Assembly (NCBI GenBank): GCA_963815195.1
Contig: CAWFGE010000008.1
Span: 256,001 to 320,000, forward strand
Reading direction: 5' to 3'
DNA length: 64,000 bases
From: an uncultured Planctomycetaceae bacterium
GTDB lineage: Bacteria; Planctomycetota; Planctomycetia; Planctomycetales; Planctomycetaceae
The notes beneath the pieces are model-generated. The model was given only the letters and a program-made list of their open reading frames with translations, made no database searches and was not told the DNA's origin. The translations under genes were made by a program, and so were the position numbers. Shown piece by piece: positions 21,553 to 31,321 of this stretch (its first letter is position 1; each line of letters begins with the position of its first letter).

Positions 21553-22142
21553 TAATAACCTCCACAAACATGTAGTTTTAGCTGGAGGGTCGATTCCGAT
21601 CGCTGGGCACCATTTGACAGGTTATAGCGGGCCATGACCGCTCGCGAAATCTTCATCAAACATCCTCCAAGAGGAAAATTCGGTCCGGTTGACGCTGGCA
21701 TTTAGACAGGCACCCTCCAGATTCCCCCAGATGTGGGGCAATGCCGGCCAAGGTCGCTGCAACAGTTCTAGCAAGTTGTGGGGGAATGTCAATCCGCAAA
21801 CACAAGATGTGCGGCCCACATTGTCCCGCGTTCGCAAAACTTTCGGCGATTTCTGAGGAGCCCAATGACAATATTCGTTTTCCCGCTTTGTTTCACGTAA
21901 AACTGTCAGTGTCAACGGCGTCATCGGCTGGGAAAGCCGGTCAAAAAAACTTGGCGATATTTTTTGCCGGTGCGGGTCCTTCCGAGACCCTGCCCCCGTC
22001 CCGCGGGTATCCAATCGCTGGTTTTTCGCCGATAAATCGGATCTTTATGGGGGTTCTTCTTCTTACTCTTTGGTGGAGCGAATCGGCGAACTCGCGGACA
22101 GAAGTGGCGGGATGCCAAAGGACCTGGCTACAACGAAGCGGG

Positions 22143-23148
22143 CTAATCAGCGGATTCGTCGGGATGTGGGAGATCTGGTTTGGTTTTGGGCGGTTCGAGT
22201 TCTTCGGCCGTCGGTTGATCGGGTTCGGGGGCCTGGTCCTCATCCTCTCCCATAACGGTGTACCCACTTTCCGTTTCCGCCCGCATTAACTTATCTCTCC
22301 GCTTCGCGATCGTTTCGTTGATCTTTCCGTACTTATCGTCGGTGTCGCCCCCGATGAATGGGCGAAACAATGGGGGCGTATGCTCGTCGATGAACCGTCT
22401 TAGAAATTTCCTGAAATCGTCCTGCGATCCTGCACGGTCGCGATGCAATGTTGCCACGGTATCTTCCAATTTATCTAGGCAGTTATCCTCAGCCGCATCT
22501 ATCCAAACAAGGGGATAGGGGTTTCCGTTCAAGACGCCTTTGAGTTCTTTTCGCCCATCGCACCGAAATTCGCAGAAGTCCTTTTCCAATTCGAGTTTCT
22601 CGATGGCGTCCAGCAGCATCAAAGCCAAATCCGCGGTCAGCATGAATTTCCGGGGGGTGGCTTGACTGGCCACGCGAAAGCCCAAGTCGATGGAGGGTCC
22701 GACAAAATCCCGAAGTGATTCGTTATCGGCCGTCGAAAGGGCAAGTTCCGTGTTGGTGACGGGAAAACCAGCCAACCAACCGGAGGCTTTCAGCCGGAGG
22801 GGAACTTCCTTTTTCTGCCATTCCTTCGGATATTTGGTCACGGCGTTTTTGAACGCGGCGATATGGGTGGCCACGTGCCGATGATCCGAAAGCTTCGCTG
22901 TAAAGAGAATTTCATCCCCGGAGAATTTCCAGGGCTTCACTTCCTCGGAGCAGTCGGGCAGTTTTGAGTCCTCGAAGTCCGCGAGTTTTCCATACTCGCC
23001 ATGAAGGAAGCGTGGGAAATCTCCGAAAAATGAACGGAAGGTTTCCGCCCATTGCGTCGGATCTTCCGCGTGAGAGATTTTGTAGGCGGTGGAACCGGCA
23101 AGATCGGCGCTCAGAAACAAACGAAGCTTCCAGCCCCAGCACCATCAT
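22143..23148 (-). CDS. Stand-alone class III nucleotide cyclase-like protein
   Basis: 'SADLAGST', 'WKFSGDE', 'DFVGPSIDLGFR' and 'LKG' motifs in canonical order. The start probably overlaps the upstream stop (ATGA) with a 1-nt indel. Confidence 0.8.
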
Positions 23149-23682
23149 CCGGCAACTGCTTTGAGGGATTCATTCCTGACTCGTGCGGCATCCTCTGAGA
23201 CGTAGAACTTCACCGCAAGATCGGCAATTGACTTCCCCTGTTGCATCTCGGCCAGAAACTCGTGGCACGGCATAAGCAACTCAGCCGCAAACCAATTCGC
23301 TTCCCACTCGATTCGATTGGAGCCGGAACGAAAGGCAATTATGGGCTTTTCGCCTTGCCGAGAATGTAGGAAATAATGCCCCAACTCGTGAGCGGTAGTG
23401 AATCGGTCTCTCAAGGGACTGGTGAACGAAGGAAGGACAATATCGAACTCCGTTTCTCCATGCACGTAAATGGAGCCATCTTCGGCGAACCATTCGTCAG
23501 CCGGTTCAAAATGAATGCTGCCCCCAAGGCGCTCGACCATTTCCCCAATGGGTTCGCCCACGCGGAATGTCAACGCCTGCGCCACTTCGCGCATACTCCT
23601 CAACTCGATATTTGGGCAGATTGGAAGGGCGGATGTTTTCGCCCTCAACGTATTCCTTACCTGGTCGGCGAAAGGAGGGCAT
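23145..23682 (-). CDS. ImmA/IrrE family zinc metallopeptidase (frameshift near 23585)
   Basis: 'RDRFTTAHELGH' and 'EWEANWFAAELLMP'. The N-terminus (MPSFRRPG...) is in ORF 23506-23787. Confidence 0.9.
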
Positions 23683-23817
23683 GGTGCTTGGTTTTCTATC
23701 GGATTTGGAAAGGATTGTTTTCAGCATCATTGCGGGAAGGGAATCAAATTTCCAGTCCTCCGCTAAAATAGAGATACAATTTCCCAAATCGGTTCGCCAT
23801 CGGTGCTTTTCCGATTT

Positions 23818-25135
23818 CTACTTCACCGCGTAAACTTTCAGCACTTCGTCGCCGTAGTGGTTGATGACCTTCACCGCGATTTTGCCCGTGTCGGCTTGGG
23901 GAACGGTTCGCTTTTTGTGCTGTAGAGGCTGGCCCAGGCGTCTTCGTCGATTTCGGCTTTGAGGGCGCGCTTCAGGTTGGCGTAGGGTTCTTCGGCCCCC
24001 GTGAAGTAGGCGTGGCGGACGAAGAAACTCTCGGCATCGTAGTTGGTGTCGATGAACCAACACGCGATGTCATCCGTCGAATCGCTGCGGATTTGGCCCG
24101 TGGTCGGGTCGTAAACGTCGATCCCGTGGATCTCCACCACCATTTCCCCATCTTCGGTTTCGTCCAAGGTGATGTCCGGTTCGCCGAAGATCATAAACAG
24201 GTTGCCGGCCCCGGTCTTTTTGAGCAGTTCATCGCCCATGCTGAGATCGGGATTCATCCGGCAGATTTCCACTTGCAGTTTGCCGTAGGTTTTGGATTCC
24301 TCTTCCACCATCGGATCGAACGCGAACCCGCAGACCAACAGCAAATCGTTCCCGAAGCCCTGCATGGCTTCCTTGGCGGCTTCGCGGACCAAATCCGGCC
24401 CCACGGTCCCGAACTCCGGCCCGATGCACACCGCCACGGTTTTCAGGTTGCCCGATTTGTCGGTGTATTCGCCACGGGCGTGAATCCATTCGCCGGGGAA
24501 GGGTTCCAGCACATCGAACTTGAGGCGTTCGGTCTTGATGCGGTTTTGAACGCCGGCCGAACGCAGGTTTTCGATGATGGCATTGCCGAAATGATCCGGC
24601 CCCACCACCCGCATTTTCACCCCTTCATTGGCCAGCTTCGCCTTTTCCTGCACGTCGATCCGGCGGTGGGGCGAAAGGCTTTCTACGGTAAACGGCCCGG
24701 TCACGCGGAGCGTGTGCTTGTCTTCGTAGGGCTGATCGTAGAGCAATTCTTGATCGGCGTTCCGGGCGATGGATTCATCAATTTCGGCCTGGCGCTTGCG
24801 GCGGAGTTCCCACCACTTTTTGAGATGCTTTTGATCTTCGCTGCTCCAATCGCCCTCGGCTTCGCGGGGGATTTCCCATTCCTCCCAGGACTGGCCGCGC
24901 GAGGCATTCAGGCTTTCGCGGATCGGTTCCAGTTTCTTCTGCCACTTTTCGTGAATCGCATCGATTTCTTCGTTGTTGGCAATGTGCTTGAGCATGACGT
25001 GCGGCACGCGCTTATAGACAAAGCCCTTTTTGATGTCCCCATGCGTGGGATAATCCGGCGGCGTTTTGCCGGTGATCTCGGCTTCCTTCCGCACCCCTTC
25101 GGCAGAATCGGCCATCAGATACCACGGATACCGCA
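23818..25135 (-). pseudogene. C-terminal half of a type III-like site-specific DNA methyltransferase (N-terminal catalytic half missing)
   Basis: 'GFVYKRVPHV.LK.IANN', 'RVTGPFTVESLSPHR', 'WFIDTNYDAESFFVRHAYF', 'IAVKVINHYGDEV'. It begins abruptly and no DPPY or SAM-binding motif is present. Confidence 0.8.
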
Positions 25136-25287
25136 CCACACCACCCGCCTAAGCCGGCGATGGCCCCGATTACCCGGTCCACGTCATCGCCCTATGCCCC
25201 AACTGCCACCACCGCGCCCATCACGCCGACGATGCCGCGTCCTTCAATCAGGAATTGAAGGATGGGTTGAAAGAGTTGGGAAGGTGA
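25131..25287 (+). pseudogene. C-terminal fragment of an HNH endonuclease
   Basis: Manual translation gives PHHTTRL / GDGPDYPVHVIALCPNCHHRAHHADDAASFNQELK... (one frameshift). Confidence 0.75.
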
Positions 25288-25322
25288 TGGGAAAATAAGC
25301 CGCGTTCAGACCACTATTGAAA

Positions 25323-26114
25323 TCATGTTGATGTGGAACTCCCACCTTTCTTAAACCTCACTCCAATCGATTCCATCTTTCCCTGGCTGGAATTGTGAGA
25401 AGCATCTAAGGGAAATGAAGCTTCATCAATACTTGTGGGAGTGTAGGCGGTTTCACGAACCGTCTGAGCGGAGCGATTTAGCGAGTGAAGCACATAGCCA
25501 GCAAGAGCAATTCGCCACGGTTCTTCACCTTCAATTCCCGCCTGTACCCGTCGTCGTTCGTCTTGGACGCCGTCTCCGTATGAGTTGGTGAGTGTCGCCA
25601 GATTCACTTCCGGAAACTTTGAGGGATCAAGATTAAGAAGTTGAATGTCGGCGCCCTCTTGATAGCACTCGCAGACGAATCCCACACAACTGAACTTCCG
25701 AAATCGTTTGTTGCCAGTCCGCTTGTCATTAACCCAATCGACGGGTGGATTGACGATGTAGTGCGTCAAAAACCCTTTGGGCTGTGTTGCCATTGGTGGA
25801 GTTTGAGTGTCGATTTCAGCGAGAATCGTTTGGATGCCCGCCACATCGTCGGGTGATAGATCGTCAAGAAACCCTGCAGCATGCACCTTGCACTCATCGA
25901 ACGCATGATTGGAAAAAGCACTTGCTTTCTCTCCTGCAATGATTGGCGGAGTACAATGCCAAACCGCGACAGAATGACCAAAAGCAAGATCAGAACCATC
26001 ACGTAGCAATGCCACATGAAGCACAAATTGATCCTGCTCTGGCCGGGCATACATACCCACTACTGCAAACTTCGGAACAGGTGTTGGGGCAGCCTTCAAG
26101 CGAAGTCCAGGCAT
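25323..26114 (-). CDS. Hypothetical protein, probable permuted papain-like (NlpC/P60) thiol hydrolase
   Basis: N-terminal 'HVALL' strand precedes the 'FSCVGFVCECY' helix, the His-before-Cys order of permuted members. Confidence 0.55.
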   Translation of the reverse strand: MPGLRLKAAPTPVPKFAVVGMYARPEQDQFVLHVALLRDGSDLAFGHSVAVWHCTPPIIAGEKASAFSNHAFDECKVHAAGFLDDLSPDDVAGIQTILAEIDTQTPPMATQPKGFLTHYIVNPPVDWVNDKRTGNKRFRKFSCVGFVCECYQEGADIQLLNLDPSKFPEVNLATLTNSYGDGVQDERRRVQAGIEGEEPWRIALAGYVLHSLNRSAQTVRETAYTPTSIDEASFPLDASHNSSQGKMESIGVRFKKGGSSTST

Positions 26115-26138
26115 TCGCGAAATCCCGTGTCGTGCAGG

Positions 26139-27449
26139 TCAATCTTGGTGTTCGAGTTTTCCTAACTGTTCCTTCACAAGTTTCGCAGCGGGGTGTTTCA
26201 TGACATCCGACTTTTGTGACCACGCTTCGAGCAAATTCATCAATTTGCGTTTAACCTGCCGGGTAAGCCATTTCATTTCGAGTTGTTGAATCTTCTCTAC
26301 ACACTCGTTCAAACGTGAATCTCCCAGCGCGGCCAACGCACACGTTGCGTTTTGGCCAAGGGCGGCTTTTTCACCCGCCACTAACCAATCCCGATCCAAG
26401 AACTTCACGGCCAACTCATGAATCCGATTTGAGAGATTTTCATGCTGTGTTGTATCATCCGGAGGCTGAACTTGGAATCGATGCGTCACGCAAAGCAATG
26501 TTACCAGCCGCGTTTCAATTGGCTTCGGCGGTTCAAGAAATGGCAAAAGCGTCTCGGCTTGCTCGGGGCGAATCATCGAGACATAGGTGCGAATTGCTGA
26601 TTGAACGATCGGCTTCATTTCCGTAGCGGTCGAGTGCAGAAGGGTCGAGGCAAGATCATACAGCCGTTGAGTGAGACGGTTACGAAGTTGCTCATCCGTG
26701 AACTGGACCATCTCTGCCGCCAAGATCATAGTGTTCCGCCAGCGTGCGCTAAGCCCTTCCCGTTCCAATTCATCCACGATGAAGTTGGCTACAGAATCAG
26801 GCTCCTCAAAGTGAAGTTCATTCAGGGCTTCAACACGTCTTTCAATTTCCGCGTGCGCATCTTTCACAATGGCCCAGAAATCTTCACCAGTATATATCTC
26901 TGCTTCGGTTTGGCCTTGTTGAGGATCCAGTGGAGGAGATTCTTGTAAAGACTCTTGACCGCCCCATATTGCAGCCGCTTGGTTTTTGCGTTTAATCCAA
27001 AAATTCGAGAAATTCGCGTATTGATTCCGAGGATCGTCTCTCAGATCGGATTGTGTCAAGAACCTAATATAATACCGAAGCCATGCGGTATAGCCACCAG
27101 GGCTCGACGGAACCCAAAGTGCACCAAACTCGGGCTGTTGGCTGACAAGTTTTGTTTCGGTAATGATCAGCGGGAAATTCTTTTGGGCGGATTCAATAAG
27201 AAGATCTACCAAATCTGCGTGTTCACATTCTGTGGTTGTGTAGAACTCACGATGAAAGGTTCCGGAATTGAAGACATTTTCAACAGCGGTACCTGCCGAA
27301 CTCGGTTGCTTCTCGTCCGATTCGAAGCCTTCTCTGGCTGTGGAGAGAATCCGGCGTGGAATTGGAGGATCAAGTTCATCGCAGTATGGTTTACGTGCAA
27401 CTCTGCGTGTCCGCTTCGCATAATCTACCAGAGTGGCGGTCTTGCTCAT
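26139..27449 (-). CDS. Hypothetical protein with helical (HEAT-like) C-terminal region
   Basis: Intact 436-aa ORF with an ATGA overlap to the upstream gene; amphipathic helices in the C-terminal ~240 aa. Confidence 0.6.
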   Translation of the reverse strand: MSKTATLVDYAKRTRRVARKPYCDELDPPIPRRILSTAREGFESDEKQPSSAGTAVENVFNSGTFHREFYTTTECEHADLVDLLIESAQKNFPLIITETKLVSQQPEFGALWVPSSPGGYTAWLRYYIRFLTQSDLRDDPRNQYANFSNFWIKRKNQAAAIWGGQESLQESPPLDPQQGQTEAEIYTGEDFWAIVKDAHAEIERRVEALNELHFEEPDSVANFIVDELEREGLSARWRNTMILAAEMVQFTDEQLRNRLTQRLYDLASTLLHSTATEMKPIVQSAIRTYVSMIRPEQAETLLPFLEPPKPIETRLVTLLCVTHRFQVQPPDDTTQHENLSNRIHELAVKFLDRDWLVAGEKAALGQNATCALAALGDSRLNECVEKIQQLEMKWLTRQVKRKLMNLLEAWSQKSDVMKHPAAKLVKEQLGKLEHQD

Positions 27450-28150
27450 TGTTCTGTCAATTCCCCGTAAGTCACTAAATTTGAGCCCTTCTCAATTGCT
27501 TCCCGTTTGACGACGCCAATCTTCTGCCTCGCCCGATTCATTTCGATCTGCAAATCTTCCAAATCGGAACTGTCCAAACTCACGTGCAACGTTCGGTTTT
27601 GCCCATCCCAGTATTCCAGCACCAGCGTGTTTGTTTGAAGTACAGCAAGGGTTCTGGATTGTTCCTCATTAAAGATTGGCCGAAATTCCGTCAGAATCCG
27701 GGCAGACTGAAAAAGAGTGGGGCGTTCGGAAAGAAGATCAAACGCCTTGCTAACCTGTGCGAAGAAGTTGTCCGGCTCAAAAAATGGGGAAAGATGTGGA
27801 ACAATCGCCTTCCAAGAATCCAGATGGTTTTCCCTCCATTTTTGGGGCGACTGATTGGTGAGGGTATGGTCAAGTGCTGTAAGAAATTCTGCAGCAGGCA
27901 ATTCCAGGCGGCGCCTCAATCCATTGAACGAAATCAAGGCATTGAGAATTCCGAGTTGAAGTGTGCGACGATCACATTCGAGGTCGGCGACCAAGCGATC
28001 GTAGACATTCGACAAATTCAATTCGAGTGGCTGCTGACATTGGATTCGTGCGAGTTTGGCCAAATTCTCCTCCCCCAACTCAATGAGGGCTTGAATGCCG
28101 ACAATATCTTCGTTTTGAATCGGGATTGTTTTCGGGGGAGATTCGGACAT
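27446..28150 (-). CDS. Hypothetical protein, possible prokaryotic COMMD-like protein
   Basis: Intact 234-aa ORF. Helical N-domain, then 'KAFDLL..FQSARILTEFRPIF..LVLEY..LHVSLDSSDLEDLQIEMNRARQK' (three strands plus a long helix). Confidence 0.5.
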   Translation of the reverse strand: MSESPPKTIPIQNEDIVGIQALIELGEENLAKLARIQCQQPLELNLSNVYDRLVADLECDRRTLQLGILNALISFNGLRRRLELPAAEFLTALDHTLTNQSPQKWRENHLDSWKAIVPHLSPFFEPDNFFAQVSKAFDLLSERPTLFQSARILTEFRPIFNEEQSRTLAVLQTNTLVLEYWDGQNRTLHVSLDSSDLEDLQIEMNRARQKIGVVKREAIEKGSNLVTYGELTEQ

Positions 28151-28384
28151 GTCTCAATTCCATTATACCATTGTTAGCCTTGGATTGTGGCAAATTCAAG
28201 CCAGGGCGGAAGTTGCGAAGAATCAACGCTCAATCCGTTCTTCCGGAGAGTGATGATACCGAAATCTACTTTGGACGAACACCCAGGCAGCGGGGAATTG
28301 GGATCTTGCATCCTCCAACTCAAGGGGGGGAGGATGACAAGGATCGTTCCCAATGGGATTGCCGGGAATTCCTGAAATCTGTGG

Positions 28385-29727
28385 GTAAAGGCTTTGAAGC
28401 ACCCCTGCAACACGGCCGGAAGGCGGGGTTCTTCGGTGAGCTGGGCATCCTTCCGGCCCACCTTGGGGAGTTCATCGCGGATTTCCGGCCAGAGATTGCG
28501 GTACTTCGGCATCGTCCCGACCATCGAATCATCGGCCACGGGAACGCGGGGCACTTTGACGATTCCCGATTCGATGGCATCGATCAGAGAGAAATCGGAC
28601 ACCACCCAGGGAAAGAGCGTTCCTTCCTGGTAGCCCGAACCGCTCAGGAAGAACGGCGTGGCCGAGAGATCATAAACCGCCTTGATGCCGAGTTTGTCTT
28701 CGATGGCTTTCAGGCCGGAAATCCACAACTGGGCCTGTTGGTTCCGTTCTTCGGCTTCCTTCTTGTCTTCCCGGCTGAGTTTCGGCCCGTTGGAATCGTC
28801 TTTTTCCTTGCGAAGATAGCAATGGTGGGCCTCATCATTGATGACGATGATATTTCGTTTGTTGCCGAGTTCCCGGCAAACGCGGTTGACCATCTGCTGC
28901 GGAGTTTCGCGGAAACGGTCGGGATCATCGCCGGCAAGAATCTTTTTCGTCAGCCGCGCTGCCTGCACCTGTTCCTTGCGATGGAAGGCGTGGTAATTGG
29001 TGATGATGATTTTGGCCGATTCCAGATGGGGAATCTGCCACGGGGGAAGGATGTCCCGCTGCCGGTAATAGTTTTCGGGATCGTTGGGGAGCAAAACGCG
29101 GAGCCGGTCGCGGATCGTGATTCCCGGCGTGACGATCAGGAAGGCATCGGTAAACCGGGCATCTTGGCGGTTGGAAAGTTTGTTGAGGATTTGCCACGCC
29201 ATCAGCATGGCCATCACCACGGTTTTCCCGCTGCCGGTGGCCATTTTGAACGCCAACCGGAACAGCCCCATGTTGAAGGCTTTGTTTTCTTCGCCGAGCG
29301 TGTTTTCGATCCAATGATCGTTGAACTTGCCGGCCACTTCGGTGATGTAGATGGCGGTTTCGACGGCTTCCCGCTGGCAGAAGAACAGTTTGCGTTCCCG
29401 TTCGGTGTCGCCCCAATAATCGAGCAAGCGCTGCGTGGCCCGTGTCACGCCGGCATAACCGCCTTCCCGCCAAATCCGAATCTTTTCCCGCACCTGGTTG
29501 ATGAAGGGATTATCGGCGAGGGCGTTGCTTTCCGGGTCAAAATCGAACGTGGCCTGTTTGGAATTCGCCTTCGGTTTGGCGATGGGAACAAAATAAGCGC
29601 TGGGCCGGCGGCTTTTGATCACCGTGCTGGTGATCCCATCTTCCTTGAACCGAAAATGCCGATTCGGTTCGACAAACGGGGAATTGAGAATCGGATTCTT
29701 GATAACATCCTGCTTCATGGCGTCCAT
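28385..29727 (-). pseudogene. N-terminal half of a type III-like restriction helicase/endonuclease (BPTD_3080-like), C-terminally truncated
   Basis: 'LFFCQREAVET', 'KMATGSGKT', 'INDEAHHCY', 'LSATP', 'DAIESGIVK.P'. Family-like sequence ends near 28385 although the ORF runs to 28174. Confidence 0.82.
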
Positions 29728-29967
29728 CCTGACAACGGGGCGAGAACCGTATCAGTTTCCATCGGCACGTGAAGCGCCTATCGGTGAAAACCCGGCCATC
29801 AATGCGGATCGGCGGGAAAATGCGAAATATGCGGCCGGTGGGATTGTGCGGATTTGGCTCCAGAAACGAGGTTTTTCAACAATTGACGTTGTGTAGCCTC
29901 CTTCCGCCACCTTTTGAAGTCCAAATCCGGCGGGATTTTGGAAGGCACTGCCTTCCAGGAGGTTTTT

Positions 29968-30186
29968 ATGGTTGCACCAACCTCGCAACCGCACGAGTGG
30001 CGAACGGGGCAGGACTGCCCTCTCGCCGGTGTGTATCGCTTCGACCGCTACACCGATGGCACATCGTCGCCATCGCCAACGCATGAGGAAGCATACATTC
30101 CGATGATCTCACCCGGCCGCACCTTTCCACCGATTAAATCGGCAAATAAGGGGGCCGTTTGGCGCTTTGAGAGACTCATCGAATGA
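29968..30186 (+). CDS. Small YjzC-like protein
   Basis: GGAGG RBS; 'TGQDCPLAGVY...G.TFPP...W'. Confidence 0.65.
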   Translation: MVAPTSQPHEWRTGQDCPLAGVYRFDRYTDGTSSPSPTHEEAYIPMISPGRTFPPIKSANKGAVWRFERLIE

Positions 30187-30196
30187 CGTTGTGACG

Positions 30197-30234
30197 ACGA
30201 AAAGGGGAGGCCCAATTGGGCCTCCCCTTTTCGT
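30197..30234. terminator. Bidirectional intrinsic terminator
   Basis: Perfect 38-bp palindrome acgaaaaggggaggcccaa/ttgggcctccccttttcgt between convergent genes. Confidence 0.88.
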
Positions 30235-30281
30235 TTTCTTGGCGGGGTTTCCTTGGCGGGCCACGAAAGAAAGTAGCACCA

Positions 30282-30717
30282 TTATGAAACAAACTCTTCT
30301 TCCCTGACATCAACATTCGATTTCAGTTCCACGCCGAAAATCTCCAAAAGCCGATTCGCACGATCGAGCGTGATGTTGTGGTACTCGTTTCGCTCATCGC
30401 GTGAGACTTGGGACTCATGGCAGCCCAACTTTTCGGCCAGTTCTTTTTGGGTGAGTCCACGAAAGATGCGCAGCCCAATGAGCAATTCGCCGATTCCGGC
30501 AAGATTGTGGAGTTCTTTAAACTCGCCCCGTTTCAGTCGTTCGTAGGAACCGATTTCTTCGCGGATTTGCTCCATGAAAGAACGGACGGGTTCGAGGGCG
30601 CGTTCCACTTCTTCGGGCGAGAGAGTTTCGCCAAGCTTCTCACTTCCTTTTCAATCGCTCTGTTTCGGCTTTCAAACGGCGGTTTGCTTCCTGATATTCT
30701 GATTCACTGCGAATCAT
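30282..30717 (-). CDS. XRE-family HTH regulator/antitoxin-like protein (frameshift near 30640)
   Basis: 'MIRSESEYQEA' N-terminus; 'LRIFRGLTQKELAEKLGCHESQVSRDE'. Confidence 0.82.
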
Positions 30718-30722
30718 GTGAT

Positions 30723-31280
30723 TTACTCCACAATTTTGACAATGCCCCGCGGCGTATGGTCGCGGGCTTGTCGGAATGCTGAAGGGAAAGTGAGTTCGTG
30801 GCCGTGTTCGTCCCGGAATGCCAGCATGATTGACCATAATGGGGATAAAGTTCCACGCGGTATCGATGCCACATCGGGAGTTGCCGTTTCGAGGAATCCG
30901 GGTGAGGCCTTCGGCTTTTCCGGATCCCAAGTCCAAACTTTATGCGGATCAAGCAAGTTCAATTGGCGTTGAAGTTCACCGCTCGCCAATTCGTGCAGGT
31001 CACATTCAAAATAACCATCAATGTCGTTCGGATGGTCCTTATCTTCCACAAATGACCCATCAATGAAGATCTCAGTGATTCCGACGGTGCGGAGTTGGTC
31101 CACGAGCGTTGCAAGGTTGAAACAGAGCTTTTCCCGCCAGCCCAATCCCAGTTTGGCGAGCTTGGATTTCCTAAAACGAGATGAGACGCGGCCAATTCGG
31201 ATTCTGTGAGTTCGTAGTCGCCCGGAGGGAGAAAGCCATCGGAATTGAAGGGTGGAAGATATTGTTGTTTTCATCGGCAC
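30723..31280 (-). CDS. DUF6932-like nucleotidyltransferase-fold protein (multiple frameshifts)
   Basis: 'LPPFNSDGFLPPGDY' (alternative frame) and 'IFIDGSFVEDKDHPNDID' (GS...DxD). Confidence 0.7.
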   Translation of the reverse strand: MPMKTTISSTLQFRWLSPSGRLRTHRIRIGRVSSRFRKSKLAKLGLGWREKLCFNLATLVDQLRTVGITEIFIDGSFVEDKDHPNDIDGYFECDLHELASGELQRQLNLLDPHKVWTWDPEKPKASPGFLETATPDVASIPRGTLSPLWSIMLAFRDEHGHELTFPSAFRQARDHTPRGIVKIVE

Positions 31281-31292
31281 TCCTCGGAGGGA

Positions 31293-31321
31293 ATCTTAAC
31301 AGGCTTGACATTTATGTCAAG
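31293..31321 (-). promoter_or_regulatory. sigma70-like promoter (TTGACA-N16-TAAGAT) overlapped by inverted-repeat operator CTTGACAT-N2-ATGTCAAG
   Basis: Read directly from the sequence; GAGGAG RBS just downstream. Confidence 0.65.

Noticed and set aside
21622..22120. Possible gene between the small HTH and the cyclase
   Set aside because: Only short overlapping ORFs with no recognisable motif; it may be a frameshifted gene but cannot be supported.
22143..23682. Canonical Pycsar or CBASS system
   Set aside because: No cNMP-binding TM/TIR effector or CD-NTase is adjacent, and the specificity residues look purine (ATP)-type.
23818..29727. Functional type III R-M system
   Set aside because: Both genes lack about half their length, including the methyltransferase catalytic motifs and the nuclease end.
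28126..29772. Long antisense ORFs (e.g. 28126-29772+, 24012-25298+, 40983-43571+, 44999-46672+, 8334-10193-, 61622-63253-)
   Set aside because: They are shadows of well-supported genes on the opposite strand, expected in high-GC DNA.
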